In this document: in pieces, positions 1-9,637 of the stretch
How the letters are laid out: each line of letters opens with the position of its first letter
Numbering within the stretch: the first letter of the stretch is position 1
Assembly (NCBI GenBank): GCA_036660495.1
Contig: JAVXAN010000002.1
Location: 1 to 36,995, forward strand
Length of the DNA: 36,995 nt
Origin: Bacilli bacterium
Lineage (GTDB): Bacteria > Bacillota_I > Bacilli_A > RF39 > UBA660
Direction of reading: 5' to 3'
Program-made: the position numbers and the translations under genes
Notes under the pieces: model-generated
What the model was told of the DNA's origin: nothing
The model's input: only the letters and a program-made list of their open reading frames with translations
Databases searched by the model: none

Positions 1-1
1 A

Positions 2-289
2 CAAAGTAATATTGATGTTATTAATGCTGAGTATGGTTATTTAGCAAATGCTGTTTTAACTAAGAAAAGCAATATTTTTATTGGTGATAAAAATTTTGAA
101 TATTTTATTGGTAGTTATGAAAAAAAGGAAAACGGTATTAGTTATAAAGTTGATGAAAGAATATTAATCTATGAATTAGAAAAAGAAGGTCGTTTGATAA
201 TAAAAATAAATGCTTATGATAATAAGGTAACAGACGAAATGTTAAATGAATTAACAAAATTTAGTTATGAAAACAAAAAATATAAATAA
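2..289 (+). CDS. 3' end of a hypothetical protein (5' end lies outside the window)
   Basis: The frame is open from the window edge (codons from nt 2) to TAA at 287-289. Translation reads ...NAEYGYLANAVLTKK...LNELTKFSYENKKYK. No family recognised. Confidence 0.5.
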   Translation, partial: QSNIDVINAEYGYLANAVLTKKSNIFIGDKNFEYFIGSYEKKENGISYKVDERILIYELEKEGRLIIKINAYDNKVTDEMLNELTKFSYENKKYK

Positions 290-306
290 AGAAAGAAGAT
301 AATAAA

Positions 307-1422
307 ATGAATTGTAAAAAATGTGGTACACCATCAAGCGGTGAATATAAGTTTTGTAAAACATGTGGTAATCTTTTAGAAGAAAGTATGACTACGCCAG
401 TTGCTGATTTCTCAAATCAAAAAGTTTCTATGCAAAGTAATAATATTAATGAGGGGATAAACATTAATTCAGAAGAAATTATTCAAAATCAGAGTTTTAA
501 TATACCAAGCAATGATATTAATCATGAGAACGTGTGGCCTGTTCAAAGTGATAATCAAATAAATAGTCAAGTAGTAGGACAAGAATATAATCAACAGCAA
601 AACGCAGGCATTCAAAGTGGAATTTTGAGCCAAAACACTAACTATGCTGAAGGTGAAAGTACAAATCCTGTTAATATTTTAACAAATAATCAACCATTAG
701 AACAACAATATAATAATCAACAAAATATGAATATCATGCAAAATCAAAGTGTTACTAATTCAGTAAATCCTTCTGGGTTAGTGGGACAAACAAACTCGAA
801 CTATAGTCAAAATAACAAGTCTAAAAATAATTTAATACTAATTGTTATTGGTGTTTGTATAGCAATAATAATTGGACTTGTTTGTATTTTTGCAAGCTTT
901 GCTTTAATAGGTGCTTCTAAAAATAACAATCAAAATGAAATTACTGAAGAAAGAACAATGAAAGTTGGTTTTAACGGATTTACTTTTGCAATACCAGTTA
1001 ATTACGTGTATGAAGTAAAAGGAGAAACATTAATAATTGGCGATGAAGAAGACACGTGGGTTATTCAATTAAGAATTTTTGATGGTTCATATAATCAATT
1101 AGTAAAAAATAAATCAACACTAAAACCAAAATTAGAAAAAGAAGGTGTTACTGTTTCAGAAGCTGTGATAAAAAGTTTGGGATCAACTAACTGGCTTACG
1201 ATAGAGGCTTCTATGTCCGGAGAAAACGTAATAATAGGTTATATGAAGGCAACTGCTAGCAAGGTTTTTGCGGCAATAAGTGTTAATTCGTCAAATGACT
1301 TTAACTATGAAAGTTTAAAAACCGTTGGGAAATTCCTTTCTACTGCTGAATATAGTGATACGATTAACAATTTTAAAACAAATGTTGATATATCAACTAT
1401 TATTAATGCAACAAAAGAATAA
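307..1422 (+). CDS. Membrane protein with N-terminal zinc-ribbon (CxxC-x12-CxxC), long Q/N-rich low-complexity linker, one TM helix and a C-terminal extracytoplasmic domain
   Basis: Purine-rich RBS-like stretch aagaaagaag lies upstream of the ATG. The N-terminus is MNCKKCG...FCKTCG. An N/Q-rich segment of about 140 aa follows, then the TM helix LILIVIGVCIAIIIGLVCIFASFALIG. Confidence 0.7.
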   Translation: MNCKKCGTPSSGEYKFCKTCGNLLEESMTTPVADFSNQKVSMQSNNINEGININSEEIIQNQSFNIPSNDINHENVWPVQSDNQINSQVVGQEYNQQQNAGIQSGILSQNTNYAEGESTNPVNILTNNQPLEQQYNNQQNMNIMQNQSVTNSVNPSGLVGQTNSNYSQNNKSKNNLILIVIGVCIAIIIGLVCIFASFALIGASKNNNQNEITEERTMKVGFNGFTFAIPVNYVYEVKGETLIIGDEEDTWVIQLRIFDGSYNQLVKNKSTLKPKLEKEGVTVSEAVIKSLGSTNWLTIEASMSGENVIIGYMKATASKVFAAISVNSSNDFNYESLKTVGKFLSTAEYSDTINNFKTNVDISTIINATKE

Positions 1423-1493
1423 GTTTTATTTTTTCATATAATTTATTTCTATTCATATATTTATAATGACTAAATATTAAGGAGGAAATAAAT

Positions 1494-1754
1494 ATGGAAA
1501 CACTTAAAGTTTCATCAAAGTCAAATCCAAGTAGTGTGGCAGGAGCTCTTGCCAACGTTTTTAGAGAAAAAGGAACTGTTGAAATACAAGCAATCGGAGC
1601 CGGTGCTTTAAATCAAGCAATAAAAGCTGTAGCAATAGCAAGAGGTTTTGTTGCTCCGTCAGGGAAAAACTTAATATGCATTCCTGCTTTTACCGATATT
1701 ATGATAGAAGGGGAAGAAAGAACTGCAATTAAGCTTATCATTGAGTCTATATAA
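1494..1754 (+). CDS. spoVS: Stage V sporulation protein S (SpoVS)
   Basis: 86 aa, near-colinear with remembered B. subtilis SpoVS (LKVS.KS.P.SVAGALA...EIQAIGAGALNQA.KAVAIARGFVAPSG..LICIPAFTDI...GEERTAIKLI). RBS is aaggagga. Confidence 0.9.
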   Translation: METLKVSSKSNPSSVAGALANVFREKGTVEIQAIGAGALNQAIKAVAIARGFVAPSGKNLICIPAFTDIMIEGEERTAIKLIIESI

Positions 1755-1784
1755 TTGACAAGCCTCACTATAAAGTGGTATTAT
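1755..1784 (+). promoter_or_regulatory. Sigma-A type promoter for the 1810 gene
   Basis: TTGACA (1755-1760), 18-nt spacer, TGgTATTAT (-10 at 1779-1784). Confidence 0.55.
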
Positions 1785-1809
1785 TACCATAATATAGGAG
1801 GTTTTTTCT

Positions 1810-2916
1810 ATGGTAGAAGATTTATACACATTATATTTTGTTAATGAAAACGTATATGGTGATAAAGTTATTTTTCCAGTAATAACTTTTGATACGCTTG
1901 GTATGGATGAATTTACGGCTAGATTTAATGACTATAGGCATTTATATAACTCTTTGCCTAATAAAGTAAAGACGTTTTTAAGAGAAAATCTTAACGCAGT
2001 AGAAAGGCCAACTGATAAGTTTTTGAGTGATAAGTTTTTTGTAAAAAAAAGCGGTAAAGATTTTTATAAGGCAAAATCAAAAAGCATAATTTTTGCAAGA
2101 GATGCTGACATTCTTTACGTATCTTCTTCAGAAATAGAAAAAATTCTTAGCTCTTTAGTGTTTACTGTTTCGGAGCTTAATACTTCTAAAGTTAATTTAA
2201 GCAGTGAAAAAAATCCGGATTTAGTTTTAAGAAGATCATTTTTTAAGAACCTTTATTCTGAGTTTGTAGATGGATCTAAAAACGGGAAAGTTGCCTGGAT
2301 GATTGATGAAAAAAACGAAATGGATGATATTGGTAATTTTAGTAGAATAGATTCAATTATGGTATCTATAGATAATCTTGCTGTAATAGCAAGAAACACC
2401 ACTAAAAATACTGAGCGAAGAAGAAAATTAGCTTTTATGTTAAAAGACTATTTGAAAGAAAGTGATTCTTTTTCAAATAAACAACTGATACCATTTTTAA
2501 GCAAAGAACAAATAGATGAAAGAAAATATAAAAGTAAAAAAGACTATAATTATTATCAGTACAAATTATTAGAAGCTTTTTCTAAATCAAAAGAAAAGTA
2601 TGAGTTAGAACATGAACTAGCATGTTCACCAATTAATCTTGTTACTGTTGGAGTTTCTTTTGAGTATCCTGATTATAATTCACATGATGATGAACCTTTT
2701 GAATTACAAGAGTTATATAATGCGCTCGAACTAGAAACAGATTATGATAAAATTAGTAAAATTAGAAACAAAATAAATAGAATAGAATACGCGGAAATTT
2801 TAGAGGCTAAGATAGAAAATGTAGCTGATGAAGGAAAAGACGATTTAATTGATGAAATATATATTTATACTGATAGTGATTTGGAACAATATATTCCTAG
2901 TAAAAAGAATACTTAA
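1810..2916 (+). CDS. Hypothetical protein, 368 aa, no recognisable domain
   Basis: Long ORF with RBS taggagg 8 nt upstream, its own promoter and its own terminator. Acidic, K/E-rich C-terminal half. Confidence 0.7.
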   Translation: MVEDLYTLYFVNENVYGDKVIFPVITFDTLGMDEFTARFNDYRHLYNSLPNKVKTFLRENLNAVERPTDKFLSDKFFVKKSGKDFYKAKSKSIIFARDADILYVSSSEIEKILSSLVFTVSELNTSKVNLSSEKNPDLVLRRSFFKNLYSEFVDGSKNGKVAWMIDEKNEMDDIGNFSRIDSIMVSIDNLAVIARNTTKNTERRRKLAFMLKDYLKESDSFSNKQLIPFLSKEQIDERKYKSKKDYNYYQYKLLEAFSKSKEKYELEHELACSPINLVTVGVSFEYPDYNSHDDEPFELQELYNALELETDYDKISKIRNKINRIEYAEILEAKIENVADEGKDDLIDEIYIYTDSDLEQYIPSKKNT

Positions 2917-2927
2917 GTATTCTTTTT
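2902..2927 (+). terminator. Rho-independent terminator overlapping the stop codon of the 1810 gene
   Basis: Perfect palindrome aaaaagaatac-ttaa-gtattcttttt (11-bp stem) running into a T-rich tail. Confidence 0.6.
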
Positions 2928-2957
2928 ATTGTGTTATAATAATATTAAGGTGATAAT

Positions 2958-3851
2958 ATGCAAAAAAAGATAGATGAATTTTTAAACTATTTATTGAATC
3001 AGAAAAAGTATTCTTTTTATACTTATAAAAATTATGAAATTGATATTAATGAGTTTAAAGCATATTTAGAAAAAGAAAATACTAATTATTTAGAGGTTGA
3101 TTATGAGTTTATTAAGGGATATTTAATGAGTTTATATAACAGAAAATTATCAAGAAATTCAGTAGCAAGAAAGATAAGTGCTTTAAAAAGCTTTTATAAA
3201 TATTTATTTAATAATAATGAAATTAAAGCTAACCCATTTAAGTTTGTAACAAGTCCTAAAAAAGAAAAAAGGTTACCTAAGTATTTAGGCGTAGAAGAGT
3301 TAGAAACTATTTTTAATGTTTCAGATTTAAATTCTCCTTTAGGACAAAGGGATAACTTGATTTTTGAGGTTTTATACGCAACAGGAATAAGAGTAGGAGA
3401 ATTAGTTAACATAAAGCTTTCAGATATTAATTTTTATGATAAAGAAATAAGAATACTTGGTAAGGGTAATAAAGAAAGAATTGTGCTGTTTGGGAATTAC
3501 TGTTTAAAGGCAATTAATTTGTTTGTTAATGATGGTAGAAAAGTCATTCTTGCTAAGCATCATAAGGAATCAGACTATTTAATTATTAATGAAAGAGGAA
3601 ATCAGATATCAACTAGAATGGTACAGCAGATTGTTTCTAACGTTGTAAAGAAAGCAAGCATTAAAAAGAGTGTTTCACCACACATGATAAGACATTCTTT
3701 TGCAACTCACTTATTGAATGAAGGATGTGATATTTTAACGGTCCAAGAACTTTTAGGTCATGAATCTCTTGAGTCCACTGAAATATACACTCATGTATCA
3801 AATGAACGGTTAAGACAAGTATATTTAAAATGTCATCCAAGGGCTAAATAA
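2958..3851 (+). CDS. Xer-type tyrosine site-specific recombinase (XerC/XerD family; C versus D not resolved)
   Basis: 297 aa. It has an N-terminal SAM-like core-binding domain and C-terminal catalytic motifs: ATGIRVGELV, HMIRHSFATHLL, LLGHESLESTEIYTHV. Confidence 0.85.
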   Translation: MQKKIDEFLNYLLNQKKYSFYTYKNYEIDINEFKAYLEKENTNYLEVDYEFIKGYLMSLYNRKLSRNSVARKISALKSFYKYLFNNNEIKANPFKFVTSPKKEKRLPKYLGVEELETIFNVSDLNSPLGQRDNLIFEVLYATGIRVGELVNIKLSDINFYDKEIRILGKGNKERIVLFGNYCLKAINLFVNDGRKVILAKHHKESDYLIINERGNQISTRMVQQIVSNVVKKASIKKSVSPHMIRHSFATHLLNEGCDILTVQELLGHESLESTEIYTHVSNERLRQVYLKCHPRAK

Positions 3852-3969
3852 AACTTTATTTAAAGACAAATAATAAGAAAAAACATGTAAATAACACTTT
3901 CTTTTTGATTGTAAAACTATCTCCATTTTGTTATAATCATATTGTTTGACAATTAAGGAGGAAGATAAT

Positions 3970-6603
3970 ATGTTTAAATGGGTGTACTTATTTAAAGAAG
4001 GAAATGCAAAAATGAAAAATCTTTTAGGAGGTAAGGGATCTAATTTAGCTGAAATGACTAATTTAGGATTGCCTATCCCTCAAGGTTTTACAGTTACAAC
4101 AGAAGCTTGTACTGATTATTATGATAAAGGAGAGGCTATTTCATCTGAAATACAAAATCAAATATTTCAAGCTTTAGAAGAACTAGAAAAAATTCAAAAT
4201 AAAAAGTTTGGTAATAATGAAGATCCCTTGTTAGTATCGGTAAGATCAGGTGCTAGGGCATCAATGCCAGGAATGATGGATACTATTCTTAACCTTGGTT
4301 TAAATGACCTTGCTGTTGAGGGATTTGCTAAAAAGACTGGAAATGCTAGGTTTGCCTATGACTCGTATAGAAGGTTTATTCAAATGTATTCAGATGTTGT
4401 TATGGAAGTTCCTAAATCATTTTTTGAAAAGATAATTGATGAATTAAAAACAAAAAAAGGGATTCATTATGATACAGAACTTACAACAGATGATTTAAAG
4501 GAATTAGTTAGTAAGTTTAAAAAAGTTTATTCAGATGCTAAAAATGGCGAGGCTTTCCCACAGGATCCAAAAGAACAGCTAATGGGTGCTGTTAAAGCGG
4601 TGTTTAGATCATGGGATAACCCAAGAGCAATTGTTTATAGAAGAATGAATGATATTCCTGGTAACTGGGGTACGGCTGTAAACGTGCAGACTATGGTGTT
4701 TGGAAACATGGGTGAAACATCAGGTACTGGAGTTGCCTTTACTCGTAATCCTTCAACTGGAGAAAAAGGTATATATGGTGAATATTTAATTAATGCTCAA
4801 GGAGAAGATGTTGTAGCTGGTGTTAGAACACCACTTCCAATAACAAAGTTAGAAGAAGACCTACCAGAATGCTATAAAGAGTTTATTGAAATAGCAACAA
4901 AATTAGAAAATCACTACCGTGATATGCAAGATATGGAGTTTACCATTCAAGAGGGAAAACTTTACTTTTTACAAACAAGAAGTGGTAAAAGAACTGCTCC
5001 AGCTGCTATTAAAATAGCTTGTGATTTAGTTGATGAAAAAATGATTACTAAAGAAGAAGCTATTTTAAGAATAGAAGCTAAATCACTTGACCAGTTATTA
5101 CATCCAACTTTTGATCTTGATGCTTTAAAAAAAGGAGAAGTAATTGGATCAGCGCTTCCAGCTTCACCAGGAGCTGCTGCTGGTAAGGTTTTCTTTAATG
5201 CAGAAGATGCTAAAAAAGCTGGTAAGGGTGGAAATGAAGAAAGAGTTATATTAGTTCGTCTTGAAACATCACCAGAAGACATTGAAGGAATGCATGCAGC
5301 AAGAGGTATTTTAACAGTTCGTGGTGGTATGACATCACACGCTGCTGTAGTAGCTCGTGGTATGGGTACTTGTTGTATATCAGGATGCGGAGAAATAAAA
5401 ATAGATGAAGAAAATAAGGTATTTACTTTAGGAGGACATATTTTCCATGAAGGAGATTATATATCACTTGATGGTACAACTGGTAAAATATATAAAGGTG
5501 ACATAAAAACAGTTGAAGCTTCAGTTTCTGGAAATTTTGAAAGAATAATGAAGTGGGCAGATGAAATTAGGACATTAGAAGTTCGTACTAATGCTGATAA
5601 CCCTCATGATACAGAAAATGCTGTAAAGCTAGGTGCAGAAGGTGTTGGACTTTGCCGTACTGAACACATGTTTTTTGAAGAAGATAGAATTCCAAAAATT
5701 CGTAAGATGATTTTATCAGATACGGTAAAGCAAAGGGAAGTTGCTTTGAATGATTTAATTCCTTTTCAAAAGAGCGATTTTAAGGCAATGTATGAAACTT
5801 TAAAAGGAATGCCAATGACTGTGCGTTATTTAGACCCACCGTTACATGAATTTCTACCAACTTTAGAAGTTGATATAAAATCTTTAGCAGAAGAAATGAA
5901 CATGAGCGTTGAACAAATTAAGGCTAAATGTGATGACCTTCATGAGTTTAACCCAATGATGGGGCACCGTGGATGCCGTCTTGCTGTTACTTACCCAGAA
6001 ATAGCAAGAATGCAAACAAGAGCGGTAATGGAAGCGGCAATAGAAGTTAAGGAAGAAAAAGGCTATGATATTGTCCCAGAAATAATGATTCCGTTAGTTG
6101 GGGAGAAAAAAGAATTAAAGTTTGTTAAAGATCTTGTTGTTGAAACGGCTGAAATGGTTAAAAGCGAAAAAAATTCAGACATAAAGTATCATATAGGTAC
6201 AATGATTGAAATACCAAGAGCGGCTTTAGTTGCGGATGAAATAGCTGAAGAAGCTGAATTTTTCTCTTTTGGAACAAATGATTTAACCCAAATGACTTTT
6301 GGATTTTCAAGAGATGATGCTGGTAAGTTTTTAGATTCTTACTATCAAGCGAAAATTTATGAGTCAGATCCATTTGCAAGGTTAGATCAAAATGGAGTTG
6401 GTAAGCTAGTTAAAATGGCTGCAGAAAAGGGAAAAAGTACACGCCCAGATATTAAACTTGGTATTTGTGGTGAACACGGAGGAGATCCTTCATCAGTTGA
6501 ATTCTGTCATAATATAGGATTAAATTATGTATCATGTTCTCCATTTAGAGTACCAATTGCAAGATTGGCCGCAGCACAAGCAAAGTTAAATGAAAATAAA
6601 TAA
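3970..6603 (+). CDS. ppdK: Pyruvate, phosphate dikinase
   Basis: Signatures: MFKWVYLF.EG...LLGGKG.NLAEM, the phosphohistidine region GGMTSHAAVVARGMG, and the PEP-utilising C-terminus CGEHGGDP. I start at the ATG after RBS aaggagga rather than the track's TTG at 3946. Confidence 0.95.
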   Translation: MFKWVYLFKEGNAKMKNLLGGKGSNLAEMTNLGLPIPQGFTVTTEACTDYYDKGEAISSEIQNQIFQALEELEKIQNKKFGNNEDPLLVSVRSGARASMPGMMDTILNLGLNDLAVEGFAKKTGNARFAYDSYRRFIQMYSDVVMEVPKSFFEKIIDELKTKKGIHYDTELTTDDLKELVSKFKKVYSDAKNGEAFPQDPKEQLMGAVKAVFRSWDNPRAIVYRRMNDIPGNWGTAVNVQTMVFGNMGETSGTGVAFTRNPSTGEKGIYGEYLINAQGEDVVAGVRTPLPITKLEEDLPECYKEFIEIATKLENHYRDMQDMEFTIQEGKLYFLQTRSGKRTAPAAIKIACDLVDEKMITKEEAILRIEAKSLDQLLHPTFDLDALKKGEVIGSALPASPGAAAGKVFFNAEDAKKAGKGGNEERVILVRLETSPEDIEGMHAARGILTVRGGMTSHAAVVARGMGTCCISGCGEIKIDEENKVFTLGGHIFHEGDYISLDGTTGKIYKGDIKTVEASVSGNFERIMKWADEIRTLEVRTNADNPHDTENAVKLGAEGVGLCRTEHMFFEEDRIPKIRKMILSDTVKQREVALNDLIPFQKSDFKAMYETLKGMPMTVRYLDPPLHEFLPTLEVDIKSLAEEMNMSVEQIKAKCDDLHEFNPMMGHRGCRLAVTYPEIARMQTRAVMEAAIEVKEEKGYDIVPEIMIPLVGEKKELKFVKDLVVETAEMVKSEKNSDIKYHIGTMIEIPRAALVADEIAEEAEFFSFGTNDLTQMTFGFSRDDAGKFLDSYYQAKIYESDPFARLDQNGVGKLVKMAAEKGKSTRPDIKLGICGEHGGDPSSVEFCHNIGLNYVSCSPFRVPIARLAAAQAKLNENK

Positions 6604-6608
6604 TATAG

Positions 6609-6641
6609 GATTATCCTACCAAGGATAGTCTTTTTCTTTTT
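6609..6641 (+). terminator. Rho-independent terminator after ppdK
   Basis: Stem gattatcc/ggatagtc (8 bp including one G-U), 6-nt loop, then tttttcttttt. Confidence 0.6.
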
Positions 6642-6688
6642 AATAAAATAATAATATGTTATAATATCATTATAAAGAAGGTGTGAAA

Positions 6689-9637
6689 ATGATTAACATA
6701 ATTCAAAATGATTCTGTTAAAAATCACGAATTAAGTCAGCATGTTGTCATATTTACATCAAAGCATCTTCAGAACGACTATAAAAGGTTTTATTTAAATA
6801 AGGACGTGTTAGTAACTACGGTTAATAATTATGTTAAGGAAGTTTTTAACCATTATAATAGCCAAAAGTTGATAAATGATGAAGAAACCTTTATTTTAAT
6901 GAATGAAGCTTTTAATAATGTTAAGAGTAGCCTTAGCTATTATGAAAAAATAGAAAACGTTTTATTCATAAATAATTTAATACAAACGTATAATGATTAT
7001 TTAGATTATAATTTAATGCAAAACGAAAAAATGTTGGATTTAAAGAAAATATATGATGAATTTAAACGTTTGTTAAATATTAATAATTTTGTTTTATATT
7101 CTGATATGATTGAGTATTTAAATAATAGCATTGATCTTTTAAAGGAAAAAGCTTATATATTTGAAAACGTTAATAATTTAAATAATGTTGAAATCAGCTT
7201 TATAAAATCATTATCCATTCAAAAAAACGTTACCATTTATGCTATAACTTTTAATAATCGTTCTTTTATTAAAAAATTACAGTTATTAAATGATAATATC
7301 AGGTACGAAAATAGCGATAATGGTTTGATAAATAGTTTGTTTGATGATTTTCCTAAAAAAACAGAAGATTTTAAAAAAGTGTTAATAACAAGTAACAATG
7401 ATTTGTTTGATGAGGTGTGCTTTGTTAAAAATGATATAACAAAAAAGGTGAAAGAAGGCTTGAGTTATAAGGATATTGCAATAGTATCAAGGGACATAAC
7501 AACTTATTTTCATTATTTTGATTTATTGCTTGATATACCTTATTATAAAGAAAAAACTTCCGGATTTTTAACAAAAAGGTTTATAGAAATATTATGTAAA
7601 ATATTTAATGGTGATTTTTCATGTAGTTGTTTTGTTTCATTGCTAAAATTAGATTTATTTGATTATTCCGATAAAATGATAAACATGCTTGATAATTATG
7701 TATATACATGGGATTTAGAGGAAGAACCTTTTTATAATGATTTTATATATAATCCGTCAGGTAATAAAAAAACATTTACCAGTTATGATAAAGAAGAGTT
7801 AGAAAAACTTAATGAAGTAAGAAAAGCAGTTCTACTGCCTATTAAGTATTTACTTGATAATGTTTTAAAAGAAACTTCAAAAGAGGAAGTTTTAAAATAT
7901 TTTTATACTTATTTGGATGAAGAAGGTATTACAAAAAAAATATATGAAAAAGATGAAGAAGGTTATAATAATTTTATTTCTAATTTAGAAATCATTAATG
8001 ATTTGTGCTCAAGCTTTGATTTTACTACTATTATAAATTTATTAAATAGTATTACAAAAGTAATTATTAAAAAAGAGGAAATGATTGATGAAGTACTTGT
8101 ATGTTCTCTAGAAGAAATGATTGGTAAAAAGTTTAAACAGGTTTATTTTATTGGGGTAACAGAAGAAAACACGCTAACTAATTTTAAAATAAATAGCCTT
8201 ATTAATACAGAAGATTTATGTAAAAACAATTTGTTAGAACTAATTTTAGAAAATAACGACTATCAAAAAGGCCTAGTATCAAATGTGTTTTTAAGTGATA
8301 ACGTAACGATAACGTATTATAAATTATCTGAGGGTTTGTCAAAAGTTAATGCGTCCCAGTTAATTAAAGATTTTCCAGTTAAAGTAAACCATTTTAATTA
8401 TGATTTCATTTATGAAAAAAAGCTTTTATTTAATAAATATAGTGCTTTGTTATCTCAAGGCATTATAAAATCAATAGAAATTGAACAGACCGAATTAGGA
8501 AAGCTTATAAAGTGTTCTAAAAACCGGATTTTAAATAAGAAACTAAGTGATAAAACTGTTCAAAAATTATATGGTAAAACGTTAGTTAGCAGTCCAAGTT
8601 CGATTGAAACTTATTTTAAGTGTGCGTATTCATATTTCTGCAGCTACGGATTAAAGTTAAAGGTTAAAGAAAAAAATACGTTTGATAAAAGAGAAGTAGG
8701 TACGTTTACCCATTATGTTTTAGAAAAAATAATAAAAAATGATTTTTACGTTATAAATGATAAGAACGTTGATTTATACGTTAATAAATATGCTTTAACT
8801 TACTTAATAGATACTAATAAAAAGGTTAATCATACAAATGAATTTATTATAAGGGTGTTAAGCAAAAACATAAGTAGGTTGATAAAAAACATAATAAGTG
8901 AATTTAATGATATAAAGTTTAAACCAAAATATTTTGAGTTTAAAATAAAACAAGACGAAGTAATAAAACCACTTACTATAAACATAAAAAATGGAAATTT
9001 AATAGTTGGTGGGACCGTTGATCGAGTAGATACATATGAAGATATAAATAATTGTTATTATCGAATAATTGATTATAAAACTGGAAATAAAGAATTTAGA
9101 TTAGATGATGTTTTAATTGGACTTAACATGCAGATGTTGATATACCTTTTAGCTATAAAAAACAACGTTGGAGTTAAAAAGATGATTCCAACGGGATTAT
9201 TATATTATCCTGCTTTTATTCCTTGTGAAAAAGTTAGTAGGAGACTAAATGCTGAAGAAAAAGTAAAGATAGAAACTAATAAATTAAGAATGAATGGTTT
9301 AATTAATCGGGATTATTTATATTTGTATAATGCAGTGGAAGATAAGTATGTAGAGGTACTTAAAAGTGATAAAACTGATTTTGAAAACACAGTAAGTAGT
9401 TATGAATTAGAATTGATATTTCAAAAAGTAATGAAAGAATTAGAAACAGCCGGTACTGAAATATTGTCTGGTTTGATAACTATTAATCCTATTTTATCAT
9501 CAAGGTGTGAATCTTGTGAATATTGTAAGTTTAAATCTATATGTAAGTTTGATAAAAACAAGGATTTATCTAGAAAAATCAAAAATTATAAAAATAGTGA
9601 AGTAATAAATATGTTAGAAGGTGAAAAAAATGCCTAA
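6689..9637 (+). CDS. addB: Helicase-nuclease complex subunit B (AddB/RexB type)
   Basis: Lies directly upstream of addA and overlaps it. C-terminal RecB-type nuclease motif (GTVDRVD...IIDYKTG) and Cys cluster (FKCAYSYFC ... CESCEYCKFKSIC). Start taken at the ATG 7 nt after aagaagg. Confidence 0.85.
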   Translation: MINIIQNDSVKNHELSQHVVIFTSKHLQNDYKRFYLNKDVLVTTVNNYVKEVFNHYNSQKLINDEETFILMNEAFNNVKSSLSYYEKIENVLFINNLIQTYNDYLDYNLMQNEKMLDLKKIYDEFKRLLNINNFVLYSDMIEYLNNSIDLLKEKAYIFENVNNLNNVEISFIKSLSIQKNVTIYAITFNNRSFIKKLQLLNDNIRYENSDNGLINSLFDDFPKKTEDFKKVLITSNNDLFDEVCFVKNDITKKVKEGLSYKDIAIVSRDITTYFHYFDLLLDIPYYKEKTSGFLTKRFIEILCKIFNGDFSCSCFVSLLKLDLFDYSDKMINMLDNYVYTWDLEEEPFYNDFIYNPSGNKKTFTSYDKEELEKLNEVRKAVLLPIKYLLDNVLKETSKEEVLKYFYTYLDEEGITKKIYEKDEEGYNNFISNLEIINDLCSSFDFTTIINLLNSITKVIIKKEEMIDEVLVCSLEEMIGKKFKQVYFIGVTEENTLTNFKINSLINTEDLCKNNLLELILENNDYQKGLVSNVFLSDNVTITYYKLSEGLSKVNASQLIKDFPVKVNHFNYDFIYEKKLLFNKYSALLSQGIIKSIEIEQTELGKLIKCSKNRILNKKLSDKTVQKLYGKTLVSSPSSIETYFKCAYSYFCSYGLKLKVKEKNTFDKREVGTFTHYVLEKIIKNDFYVINDKNVDLYVNKYALTYLIDTNKKVNHTNEFIIRVLSKNISRLIKNIISEFNDIKFKPKYFEFKIKQDEVIKPLTINIKNGNLIVGGTVDRVDTYEDINNCYYRIIDYKTGNKEFRLDDVLIGLNMQMLIYLLAIKNNVGVKKMIPTGLLYYPAFIPCEKVSRRLNAEEKVKIETNKLRMNGLINRDYLYLYNAVEDKYVEVLKSDKTDFENTVSSYELELIFQKVMKELETAGTEILSGLITINPILSSRCESCEYCKFKSICKFDKNKDLSRKIKNYKNSEVINMLEGEKNA

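Noticed and set aside
2958-3851. The Xer-type recombinase as the integrase of a mobile element
   Set aside because: It has a typical XerC/D length and motifs. It is flanked by housekeeping genes (spoVS, ppdK) with no att repeats, IS or phage/plasmid genes nearby, and it lies 29 kb from the island.
3946-3969. Track start codons upstream of the canonical N-termini (ppdK TTG 3946, addB GTG 6683, addA GTG 9621, rpsB ATG 19801, pheS ATG 23881, pheT ATG 24941, polA GTG 28654, orphan ATG 34704, small ORF ATG 36221)
   Set aside because: In each case a downstream ATG has proper Shine-Dalgarno spacing and reproduces the conserved protein N-terminus. The upstream codon overlaps the RBS, a terminator or hairpins.
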